Assembly: GCA_024256165.1 (NCBI GenBank)
Contig: JAKLZG010000027.1
Location: forward strand, 1 to 56,207
DNA length: 56,207 bases
DNA from: Candidatus Methylarchaceae archaeon HK02M2
GTDB taxonomy: Archaea; Thermoproteota; Nitrososphaeria; Nitrososphaerales; JACAEJ01
Reading direction: 5' to 3'
Both the position numbers and the translations under genes were made by a program. How positions within the stretch are numbered: position 1 is the stretch's first letter; every line of letters begins with the position of its first letter. A model generated the notes under the pieces. That model did no database searches. It saw nothing but the letters and a program-made list of their open reading frames with translations, and had not been told where the DNA came from. This document shows, in pieces, positions 46,168 through 55,035 of this stretch.

Positions 46168-48504
46168 ATGAAAAAGGTAATCGGAACTGTTACGATTATA
46201 TTACTTCTAATGATGCCTATACTTCTTGTGATACCACTACCAGCCATTGCAGAGCCTACTGAAGCACTATCAGATGCAGTAGGCGGTGGTACAGGTGGTG
46301 AATTCTGGCTGGATCCTAGCATTCTGTATACTGGCGGTGTTACAATAACCGGTGATACAAGAATATTTGGTCAAGGTTCCATGATCGACCTACAAAAGGA
46401 GAGTATAACCGTTGTAGGTGCATACCTTTACATTGAGAGATGTACACTTACAAATGGTACAGTACTTCCAGGTGGTCCAAATGGTGATGAGCATTTAGGT
46501 GCTATCGAATTCTATTACGGTGCAAGCGGATTTGTATATGACAATATAATCGTTGACAACGCTGTGGTCGGTATATATATAGAGGACTGTGATGAGGGTG
46601 AGATCATCATAAAGGAGAACTCGATATTATATAATGATGTCTGCGGTATATACTTCGAGGATTCGACAGACATAACGATACTTGAGAATATTATCGCCAA
46701 CAATGGCGTAGAAGAAGGCTTAACCCCATTTGGAGGCGGTATTCTAGGTCTAAATGATGTTGCTGTTTATGAGGATGATCCAAATTCAGTACATAATATA
46801 AAGATAAAAGGTAATAAGATCTTTCAAAATGAAGGTCCGGGCATATTCCTAATGTATATGAATGACGTATCCATCTCGTCCAACTTAATTTACAGTAACA
46901 GCTTAAACGCATTTAAATTCGACGGTGGAGATAATGATGGCGGGTATGGAATGGGCGATGGCATAGCTCTTTTCTACTGTCCGATAGTATCCATAACTCA
47001 CAACAAGATATTGGCAAACGAAGATGGTGGTATTTTGTATGTTGGAGATAGAGATTGGCCAATCGTGGAAGTAGATGGAACTGATGTAGAAGTAGAACTT
47101 AGTGTGACTATAAGCTACAACAAGATAATGGGTAACGGAGTAGACCTTGTCAATTTAATAGAAAATGTATTGCAAGATTTAGAGACTTTACTTGGATTTG
47201 CTGGAGTATCCGTTGCATACGGACAGAATGTAGTCATAACATATAACGAAATAGAAGGAAATGCAGGCGTTGGAATATTACTCTGGGGAGAATTTGATGA
47301 TGACTATCTGATGGAGCCTGTAACGGTAGCATATAATACCATCAATGGAAATACGATAGCTTCTGTTATGTTCGGTGTATCTGATGTAAAGATCATCTTC
47401 AACAAGATAATGGGAAATCTTGTTGGAATGATTACTTTGGGCGATATATCTGGAGAAATTGGTGACCTAATTTCTGAGAACTTACTGATCAAAGGTAATA
47501 TCTTGAAAGATCAGTATATTGCATGGATCATAGGAGGTTTCGGCAATCCAATAACAATTGAATGGAATACAGTAACCAATAACATGATAGGAATGGTCCT
47601 ACTAGGATGTGAGAGTCCACAGATACTACATAACACAATAATGTATCAGCGTGGATTCATACTGGATCTTGGAGAATTAGAAATAATCCCATTAGAGCTC
47701 GATTTTAGATATGCATTAGTGGTTGGGGTATATCTCGATATTCCAGGTCTTCTTGAGATATCAATACCCTGTGATGGAGCAAGAATTGCCTACAACACCA
47801 TATGCTACAACGTAGGCCACCAAGTAGGTATCTTCGTATCCGATGATGTAATCGTGGAAGATAACATGATCGTAGGTGGCAGCGAAAATGGTATCTGGGC
47901 TGGTGGGTGTGAAGATCTGACCATACAGCGCAACAAGATAACAGACAACGACCATGGTATTAGATTGGAAGAGTGCACCGGCTTGATAACAGATAACATC
48001 ATAGGTTATAGTGGTTCTCTATCAGGTAATGATGTAGGTATAAATGTAACCCGCCTCTTCGAGATACGCAGTCCAATAACGATAAGTGACAATAACATCA
48101 TAGGCAACAACATCAGCATCTACTGCTTTGCCACAGACCCAACCATAATAGGCAACTATATCGCCAACAACGTTTACGGAATTTATCTATATGATTCGAA
48201 CGCTACAATAGGTGGCAATACCGCCAATAGGAACTACATAATAAGGAACTTCGCAGATGGGGTATACATAGCCAATAATCAATCCGATCCTATAATCACC
48301 TACAACAACATATACGAGAATGTTGGATATGGTATCAACAATCCTGATTGGGAAGATGACTTCCAAGATGAAGCAAGATACAACTGGTGGGGTGCAATAA
48401 GCGGCCCAGGTGATCCAGCTACGTTCGGAGTAGGTCCAGGGATAGGCGATGAGATAACGCAGAATTTCACATATTCGCCTTGGCTCGTATCGATAATTCC
48501 ATAA
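46168..48504 (+). CDS. secreted right-handed parallel beta-helix (PbH1/NosD-like) repeat protein
   Basis: Signal peptide MKKVIGTVTIILLLMMPILLVIPLPAIAEP. Many ~22-aa I.xN.IxxNxxGI repeats. C-terminal NWWG..SGPG motif. No C-terminal anchor. Confidence 0.75.
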   Translation: MKKVIGTVTIILLLMMPILLVIPLPAIAEPTEALSDAVGGGTGGEFWLDPSILYTGGVTITGDTRIFGQGSMIDLQKESITVVGAYLYIERCTLTNGTVLPGGPNGDEHLGAIEFYYGASGFVYDNIIVDNAVVGIYIEDCDEGEIIIKENSILYNDVCGIYFEDSTDITILENIIANNGVEEGLTPFGGGILGLNDVAVYEDDPNSVHNIKIKGNKIFQNEGPGIFLMYMNDVSISSNLIYSNSLNAFKFDGGDNDGGYGMGDGIALFYCPIVSITHNKILANEDGGILYVGDRDWPIVEVDGTDVEVELSVTISYNKIMGNGVDLVNLIENVLQDLETLLGFAGVSVAYGQNVVITYNEIEGNAGVGILLWGEFDDDYLMEPVTVAYNTINGNTIASVMFGVSDVKIIFNKIMGNLVGMITLGDISGEIGDLISENLLIKGNILKDQYIAWIIGGFGNPITIEWNTVTNNMIGMVLLGCESPQILHNTIMYQRGFILDLGELEIIPLELDFRYALVVGVYLDIPGLLEISIPCDGARIAYNTICYNVGHQVGIFVSDDVIVEDNMIVGGSENGIWAGGCEDLTIQRNKITDNDHGIRLEECTGLITDNIIGYSGSLSGNDVGINVTRLFEIRSPITISDNNIIGNNISIYCFATDPTIIGNYIANNVYGIYLYDSNATIGGNTANRNYIIRNFADGVYIANNQSDPIITYNNIYENVGYGINNPDWEDDFQDEARYNWWGAISGPGDPATFGVGPGIGDEITQNFTYSPWLVSIIP

Positions 48505-48512
48505 ACAAACAT

Positions 48513-48525
48513 CCCCCCTTTTTTT
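48513..48525 (+). terminator. C-run plus T7 tract directly after the beta-helix gene
   Basis: ccccccttttttt lies 9 nt after the stop. Confidence 0.4.
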
Positions 48526-48645
48526 GAACTTGTTAGGTTTTCTTCGGGTTAGAGATGATCACAAAAACAGGCTTTAACTCTCAACAAGTCTAGGAGACTT
48601 AAACATTTTAGTATTTGATTTTTTAAATATACTAATGCCTATTAG

Positions 48646-49074
48646 TTGAGAAGATCAGAACTTTTAACTCATTTTAAAAAGATGTATCCGAAGTGTTCAG
48701 ATAAGGATATAGAGAATCTCATAGAAGCTATAAAGGGAGATAAATATTGGAATGTTAGCCCTAACCACAACGATATGATCTACGTAGTGGCTCTAACAAG
48801 GGCAAAGATTCCTAAGTCCGATGGATTTCAAGCTAAGGTTACATTCTTAAAGAAAGTTACTATATCTTATGAAGTTGCAAATTTCTCAAGAAAGGGAAGG
48901 GTCGTGATAGTGGTAAAAAATGGTTCAAATTATATAGGAAAAAGTGTGATAACTTGGCCGGCTTTTTTAAGGTTGATGAATGAAAACTCGAATTTAATTT
49001 ATAAATTGGTTGTTGAAGGAAAAATCCCGCCTTGCATAAATAACAAGAATTTTTCTTCAATTTTTCATAAGTGA
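48646..49074 (+). CDS. hypothetical protein (142 aa)
   Basis: ORF only, TTG start; no family recognised. Confidence 0.4.
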   Translation: MRRSELLTHFKKMYPKCSDKDIENLIEAIKGDKYWNVSPNHNDMIYVVALTRAKIPKSDGFQAKVTFLKKVTISYEVANFSRKGRVVIVVKNGSNYIGKSVITWPAFLRLMNENSNLIYKLVVEGKIPPCINNKNFSSIFHK

Positions 49075-49135
49075 CCGAATATGTAAGAATTCGATAGTTT
49101 ATTTTAATATCACCAAACTTAAATTCGAAGGATTT

Positions 49136-50380
49136 TTGATGGAACGTATGGGCGTGGATGAAGGAAGAGATTTAACAGATAGAATGTTCTGGCTGGCTAA
49201 AGAAGATGAAATAAAAAGATCAGAAACTACGGATGTTTATTTTATATATACACTTCAAGTATTAGAGAAAAAAGGACTTAATCCTAAAGTTGTGATGGAA
49301 GTTTATCTTAGAAATTTACCATATCCAGATAACTGGGGAGTTGTTACTGGAATTTATGAAGTGGCCAAACTCTTAGAAGGTCTTCCATTGAATGTAAGGG
49401 CTATGGAAGAGGGGGAGATATTCTTGACATCATCAGACTCTGTCATTTATGAGCCTGTTCTTCAGATTGAGGGTAGGTATAGGGACTTTGCAGTGTACGA
49501 AAACCCCCTACTAGGTTTACTATGCATGTCTTCTGGGATATCTTCAAAGGCTGCGAGAGTAAAGATGTGTGTAGGAGATAAAATTGTATTCAGCTTTGGG
49601 ACTCGAAGAGCTCACCCTGTTCTTGCACCTACTGTTGAAAGGGCAACATACCTTGGAGGATTTGATAGCGTTTCAAATGTTTTAGGAGCCAAAATGATGG
49701 GAAAAAAACCAGTTGGAACTATGCCCCATGCTTTAATTCAATGCTTTGGAGATCAAGAGATTACATGGAAGTCTTTTGATGAGGTAATGCCTCGTGAAGT
49801 CCCTCGCATCGCACTAGTCGATACATTCTTTGATGAGAAGACGGAGGCGATAATGGCCTTCGAAGCTTTGGGTAAAAATCTATATGGTATAAGACTTGAT
49901 ACGCCTCGCTCAAGAAGGGGAAACTGGAGGAAGATAATCGAAGAGGTAAGATGGGAATTGAAGATAAGGGGTGCACAAGATGTGAAGATATTTATATCGG
50001 GAGGCTTGAATGAGGATGCAATTTTAGAATTAAGAGACATAGTTGATGGTTTTGGCATAGGAACTAATGTGAGTAATGCTCCTACATTCGACTTCAGTGC
50101 AAAGATAGTTGAGTTAATTGTAGGAGAAAAGGATGTATTTAGGGCGAAAAGGGGAGACATTGGTGGTAGAAAAGAAGTTTATAGAAAGGAAGATAGTTTT
50201 GAAGATGTCGTAACTTTTTATAAGAATCCAAAACCAGAAGGATACTATCCACTATTGAGTGACCTCATAGTTGATGGCAAGATTGTTAGAAAGTTTAAGG
50301 GTCTAGATGAGATTAGAGATTCTGTTTTATCCAAGATTACGATATTGAGTGAAATTAAACCCAATTTATGTTGGATATAG
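49136..50380 (+). CDS. pncB: nicotinate phosphoribosyltransferase
   Basis: Type II PRTase pattern: GTMPHALIQ, IRLDTP, GGL. ATG at 49139 is an alternative start. Confidence 0.8.
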   Translation: MMERMGVDEGRDLTDRMFWLAKEDEIKRSETTDVYFIYTLQVLEKKGLNPKVVMEVYLRNLPYPDNWGVVTGIYEVAKLLEGLPLNVRAMEEGEIFLTSSDSVIYEPVLQIEGRYRDFAVYENPLLGLLCMSSGISSKAARVKMCVGDKIVFSFGTRRAHPVLAPTVERATYLGGFDSVSNVLGAKMMGKKPVGTMPHALIQCFGDQEITWKSFDEVMPREVPRIALVDTFFDEKTEAIMAFEALGKNLYGIRLDTPRSRRGNWRKIIEEVRWELKIRGAQDVKIFISGGLNEDAILELRDIVDGFGIGTNVSNAPTFDFSAKIVELIVGEKDVFRAKRGDIGGRKEVYRKEDSFEDVVTFYKNPKPEGYYPLLSDLIVDGKIVRKFKGLDEIRDSVLSKITILSEIKPNLCWI

Positions 50381-50514
50381 GTATTCATAAACTTGACAAA
50401 AATCCTATTAACGTAAGGGATGGAGAGCTCCGATTAGATAGGCTAATTCACCTAATGATTTCTCATTAAGTAGTCATCCATATTATTTTTACTAAGTTGA
50501 ACCAACTTTCAATT

Positions 50515-51093
50515 CTATTCAACTATACGGATGACTACGTCAGAATTCTCTTCTTGAGTTTTATGAAAATGTTTTTGAACAATTCTGACCATGTCTTTGA
50601 CTCGTTCATCCTTACATTCTTCGGCATATTTTCTAATCTTTTCGAATTTTTCAAGAGGAAAGATATTTTCCTTTAACATTTCAGATAAAACAGCTAAAGC
50701 CTTTTTTGATTCCTCAGTCGTAAGCTCAGCTTCTTTTTGAGTTTGCATTACTTTCTTAATATTAATCTTATTTAAAATTACTTGTAGTACTTCCTGATCT
50801 CCTTTAAATTCAAAACTTCCTTCAGGATATTTTACCCTCCATCCATCTTGCTTCGGATCAAATAAATACTCTACTCCTTCTTCAACTAAAGTGAATGGAC
50901 CACCTAAAGTATATCTGAAATATGATCTAGATTTTAAATGATAAGGGTCGCATATTTGAATAGGTCTAATAAAATTCAACCTTCCAGAAGCTTTGACGAA
51001 GTAATCACTTTCATAGTCTGGATTCTCTCCACTAAAAACAACATATTTTGTTCCACTATTTTCGAAAGTGCGAATTATGAGAGTCTCTCGCAT
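50515..51093 (-). CDS. hypothetical protein (192 aa), co-directional with rubrerythrin
   Basis: ORF with a beta-rich N-terminal half and a helical K/E-rich C-terminal half. No family recognised. Confidence 0.5.
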   Translation of the reverse strand: MRETLIIRTFENSGTKYVVFSGENPDYESDYFVKASGRLNFIRPIQICDPYHLKSRSYFRYTLGGPFTLVEEGVEYLFDPKQDGWRVKYPEGSFEFKGDQEVLQVILNKINIKKVMQTQKEAELTTEESKKALAVLSEMLKENIFPLEKFEKIRKYAEECKDERVKDMVRIVQKHFHKTQEENSDVVIRIVE

Positions 51094-51136
51094 AACCCTT
51101 TTAAGAAATTTTCCTTTTAATAAATATCTCTTGTTC

Positions 51137-51640
51137 TCAAACTACCTTGAAAAATTTTGTTTTCGATGCTCCACATATAGGACATTTATCTGGCGCTATA
51201 CCTTCGACAGTATGACCACAAACCTCACAGACGTAATAATCAACTTTTTCCAAATCCTTTTTATTTTTTAATGCATCAACCGCCTTTGAGAATAAACCAG
51301 CGTGGACTTTCTCAACTTTATTTGCAACTTCAAAACTCCAAGTAGCGCGGTGATTTTCTTCTTGCTTGGCTATACTTAAGTATTCGGGATACATCTTTGT
51401 ATACTCAAAAGTCTCGCCAGAAATGGCAGTATTTAGATTATTTACTGTTGATTTTATTTCATCCATTACCCTAAGATGATTCAGGGCATGAATCGTCTCG
51501 GCCTCTGCAGCTGCCCTAAAAAGCTTTGCAACTTGTTTGAATCCCTCTTCTTCAGCTTTTCTTGCAAAAGCTAAGTACCTTCGATTTGCCTGCGATTCGC
51601 CAGCAAAAGCATTTTTTAAATTTGTAACAGTCTTGCTCAT
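51137..51640 (-). CDS. rbr: rubrerythrin
   Basis: Ferritin-like ESQANRRYLAFA and E..H pairs, plus a C-terminal rubredoxin-like CEVCG...CPICG. Confidence 0.95.
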   Translation of the reverse strand: MSKTVTNLKNAFAGESQANRRYLAFARKAEEEGFKQVAKLFRAAAEAETIHALNHLRVMDEIKSTVNNLNTAISGETFEYTKMYPEYLSIAKQEENHRATWSFEVANKVEKVHAGLFSKAVDALKNKKDLEKVDYYVCEVCGHTVEGIAPDKCPICGASKTKFFKVV

Positions 51641-51794
51641 CTTTCCTCAACTATGACTAAAAATTCAATAGCATTTAAAGTTTATAACATCAGTTATTAA
51701 ATGATAACGATGGTCACCATTAAATTATTCAATATCAAAGAAATGAGGTAGATTTAAGAAGTCAAGATACCAAATAAATTAGAGTTGGTATTTT

Positions 51795-52427
51795 ATGGGT
51801 TGGGATCAGAAAAGGTTTAAGCTTGTTGAAGAACTTGGAAAAGTTCTTGTAAAGACAGGAGCCCTCAGATTTGGAACTTTCACACTCACTAGTAGGAGGA
51901 TGAGTTCATATTATATTGATCTACGTATTGTGCCCAGTTTTCCTGAAATTTTCAATAAGACAGTAGATGTTTTTGTTGAAGCTCTTAAAAATATGGTGGG
52001 TCTTAAAAATATAGATGCTATTGGTGGGATACCTACTGCTGGTTTAACTTTTGCAACAGCTGTAGCATATGACTTAAAAAAACCTTTAATATATGTTAGA
52101 AAAGAGGCGAGGAAACACGGCGCTTTAAAGAAAGTTGAAGGGTTACTACAACCGGGTTGGAGAGTTACAATATTGGATGATTTGATAACTACGGGTAACT
52201 CCATCCTTAAAACTGCAAAGGCTATAAAAAGTGAAGGGGGAATAGTCGAAAATGCCTTAGTCTTGATCGATAGGATGGAAGGAGGTAAAGAGAGATTAGC
52301 AACTTTTCAAATAAAACTTAAAACTCTTGCAAAGATAACGGAAATTGCAGACTTACTTTATGATAAGGATATAATTGATATCGATCAAAGAATGGCAATC
52401 TATAATATGGTTAAAAGTGATGTTTGA
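51795..52427 (+). CDS. pyrE: orotate phosphoribosyltransferase
   Basis: VTILDDLITTGNS PRPP motif, 210 aa. Confidence 0.85.
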   Translation: MGWDQKRFKLVEELGKVLVKTGALRFGTFTLTSRRMSSYYIDLRIVPSFPEIFNKTVDVFVEALKNMVGLKNIDAIGGIPTAGLTFATAVAYDLKKPLIYVRKEARKHGALKKVEGLLQPGWRVTILDDLITTGNSILKTAKAIKSEGGIVENALVLIDRMEGGKERLATFQIKLKTLAKITEIADLLYDKDIIDIDQRMAIYNMVKSDV

Positions 52428-52429
52428 TT

Positions 52430-52999
52430 TTAGTATATCATTAACTCTTTCTCTTCCAATAAGTTATGTAGATTGCTAACGGCTTGGTAAACTTCGGCTT
52501 CCTTTTTTGCGCCTGTGCAAACAAGTTTACCACTAGCAAAGAGAAGAATAACAGTTTTAGGTTCTCTCATCCTATGGATTAATCCGGGAAATTGCTCTGG
52601 TTCGTACATCGATTGCTCTAATTTCCTAGCAGCTTCTTCAAGATGAACCTTGCCACCAAGACCAGCTGAGGCTACAATATTTTGTATAACTATAATTGGT
52701 TCATGAATTATTTCAATACCACCTTTCTTTAACTTTGTGACAACAGCTTTAACAGCTTTCTTGGCTTGTGTTTCTGATTTTGCACCAGTGCAAACCATCT
52801 TACCAGAATTGAAGATGAGTGTAGCAGTCTTTGGGGATCTCAATCTAAAGACAAGTCCTGGGAATTGTTCTGGATGATATTCAACATCGGGAAAGAGTCT
52901 TACGATTTCATTTAAATCGATAGTTTGATCAACACTGGCAGAAGCAACTACATTTTCAATACTAATAATGGCTTTCGTCTGGGGCAATATAAACTTCAC
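52430..52999 (-). CDS. tbp: TATA-box-binding protein
   Basis: Two direct repeats: IENVVASASV...FPGLVFRL..LIFNSGKMVCTGAKS and IQNIVASAGL...FPGLIHRM...LLFASGKLVCTGAKK. Confidence 0.97.
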   Translation of the reverse strand: MKFILPQTKAIISIENVVASASVDQTIDLNEIVRLFPDVEYHPEQFPGLVFRLRSPKTATLIFNSGKMVCTGAKSETQAKKAVKAVVTKLKKGGIEIIHEPIIVIQNIVASAGLGGKVHLEEAARKLEQSMYEPEQFPGLIHRMREPKTVILLFASGKLVCTGAKKEAEVYQAVSNLHNLLEEKELMIY

Positions 53000-53084
53000 T
53001 ATATAAGGTCAAATAAAACTAGTATTTAAATAATGACTAAGTTACACGAGAGATAAAAGTGAAAATATATATTTAAATAATGAG

Positions 53085-53630
53085 TTACACATAAGTTAGT
53101 CTTGGTATTTTCATATTATTTTCTTTATCTTCTTCTTTTCTTAATGGATATAATTCTATAAGCAATATAATTAAAAGAATGATTATAACTAATGCATAAT
53201 TCAGAGGTAAGGGAAATAATTGGGCAAGGTACCCTAGATAGGGAATTTTAATGCCTGTAAACTTACCTATATAATCTTCCTCTTCTATATACCAAGGGTC
53301 AGGATAGTTATTGTTATCGCCCTTAGTTCTTAAGACTTGTTCAGAGTTTAGATTTATATCGTAAATACGGTGTACAATTATCTCATTTTTATAGTCATAA
53401 GGGTGGTAGAAAACGATGATATCGCCTATTGATAAAGAATCAAAAGTGTCGGCCTTAATGATAATATAGTCACCGTCGTTGAGAGTTGGCTCCATACTTG
53501 GGCCTGATACACTTAGAAAGGGTGTTGTCGTTCCTAATGCAACTCTGGGCACTACCCAGATGGCTCCCATAACAATCAAAATGATTGCCACATAAGAAAC
53601 TGTCTTAAACAAATCTTTCCGATCGATCAT
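53085..53630 (-). CDS. signal peptidase I (archaeal/Sec11-type S26)
   Basis: N-terminal TM segment, SGPSMEPTL catalytic Ser motif, KGDNN, C-terminal TM segment. Confidence 0.85.
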   Translation of the reverse strand: MIDRKDLFKTVSYVAIILIVMGAIWVVPRVALGTTTPFLSVSGPSMEPTLNDGDYIIIKADTFDSLSIGDIIVFYHPYDYKNEIIVHRIYDINLNSEQVLRTKGDNNNYPDPWYIEEEDYIGKFTGIKIPYLGYLAQLFPLPLNYALVIIILLIILLIELYPLRKEEDKENNMKIPRLTYV

Positions 53631-53822
53631 AGAATCTTCTACTTCAAATCGACTATTATCAATCTCTGCTTTAAAAACATTCCACTTTATTCATTCTTAA
53701 TTACAAATATAGAATAGTCAATTTTTCTTAGCTGAAAATATTCAATTGCCATTCACAAAATCAACTTATACAACCATTAAATATTAACTTCTTAGTTTTA
53801 TCGCTTAAAGAGGAGATATGAA

Positions 53823-54464
53823 ATGAGACTTATGATGATAAATTTAATTCCACATATTATAGAAGGAAAAATTAACTTAAGAGTTCTGGCTCGTAACTGT
53901 GGTCTTAATATAGATATGTTAAAGGAAGTATTAAGCTATCTCGAAAGTAAAAATATTGCTGAAATAGATGAAAATAGCGTTTACTTTCAAAAAGGAGGAA
54001 AGATCCTTACTGCAGTGTCAGCTGTGAAGATGGGCTCTTCTGTAGATGAAGTATCAAAAGTTATGAACTGGAAGGATTTTGAAGAATTTACTTGTTTTAT
54101 CTTATCAAATAATGGGTATTCGGTCCATCAGAATTTTAGGTTGAGACACCCTCGAAGGGAGATAGACATCTTAGCAATTAAGGATGAGAAGGGTTTAGCC
54201 ATAGATTGTAAACACCGTTACTCTACAATGGGAGTATCAAATATATCTAAAGTTGCAAATGCTCAAATTGAAAGGGTAAATGAATTAATTAAGAGTGAAG
54301 TAAAAAGAAGACTTAACGTATCATGTGTGATTCCATTGATAGTTACACTTTATAACGAACAAATATTTTTTATGAACAAAGTTCCTATAATTCCAATCGA
54401 TAAGTTTCCACATTTTCTTTATGAGCTAGATGGCTTGCTCGATATGATTTTAATCATTAAATAA
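53823..54464 (+). CDS. wHTH plus PD-(D/E)xK (Mrr-cat / restriction-endonuclease-like) domain protein
   Basis: FEEFTCFILSNNGYSV...REIDILA...GLAIDCKH fits the E...D...(D/E)xK nuclease core. The N-terminal ~70 aa look like a wHTH. Confidence 0.55.
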   Translation: MRLMMINLIPHIIEGKINLRVLARNCGLNIDMLKEVLSYLESKNIAEIDENSVYFQKGGKILTAVSAVKMGSSVDEVSKVMNWKDFEEFTCFILSNNGYSVHQNFRLRHPRREIDILAIKDEKGLAIDCKHRYSTMGVSNISKVANAQIERVNELIKSEVKRRLNVSCVIPLIVTLYNEQIFFMNKVPIIPIDKFPHFLYELDGLLDMILIIK

Positions 54465-54492
54465 TATTTATAATACTATATGCTTAATATCT

Positions 54493-54744
54493 TTATAAAG
54501 TTTCAATTACTAACATTGTAAGTGTTGATCTGACATTCTCTAAACGTCTAATTTTCCATGCAACTATCTCTTTGACTTCTTCCATAGTATCTGCTGATAT
54601 TTTTGCTATAATATCATAGACACCATAAACAAAATGAGCTTCCTCTACATTCTTAATCTTCCCAAGCTTTATAAGTAAATCTCTTTCAGTTCCAAGGTCT
54701 GTGTTTATTAATACGAAAGCAACGGGCATTTCAGTAATCATCAT
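54493..54744 (-). CDS. stand-alone Lrp/AsnC ligand-binding (RAM) domain protein
   Basis: 83 aa. AFVLINTD.G....L...L..I..V.EAH.V.G.YDIIAKI.A......E.V..KIR.L..V..T.T..V. Confidence 0.7.
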   Translation of the reverse strand: MMITEMPVAFVLINTDLGTERDLLIKLGKIKNVEEAHFVYGVYDIIAKISADTMEEVKEIVAWKIRRLENVRSTLTMLVIETL

Positions 54745-55035
54745 TTTTAATATATTATCTTTAATAAATGTTAGTAATTTGAATATACATAATATCTACA
54801 TTTTATGTCTAAATATTGAAAAAAATTACCTTAACATTCCATTGGATATGAGGATTATTTTGGCTGAGTTATAATGGGTGATTTAAGTACGCTGCATCAA
54901 TACACTTTTAACGTCTATTTAGATTTGGGAGGATTCTACATCTGACCTAGAATTTTTCTCTCAAGATAACTATTCACTCCATTTATAAATAGTCAAAAAC
55001 ATTTTTGATATTTTTTCCTTTTCACGGTTTATAAT

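Noticed and set aside
51684-51720. Small palindromes ATAACatcaGTTAT and ATGGTcACCAT in the rubrerythrin/pyrE divergent intergenic region
   Set aside because: The arms are only 5 bp, which is frequent by chance. They do not match the SurR (GTTn3AAC) spacing I remember.
54874-54945. 23-codon mini-ORF starting ATGGGTGATTTAAGT (MGDLS...), resembling the trp leader mini-ORF start ATGGGTGACTTAGTT (MGDLV...)
   Set aside because: The similarity is limited to about 12 of 15 nt and is partly SD-like (GGTGA). The mini-ORF is on the opposite strand to both flanking genes, with no downstream gene on its own strand. Probably coincidence.
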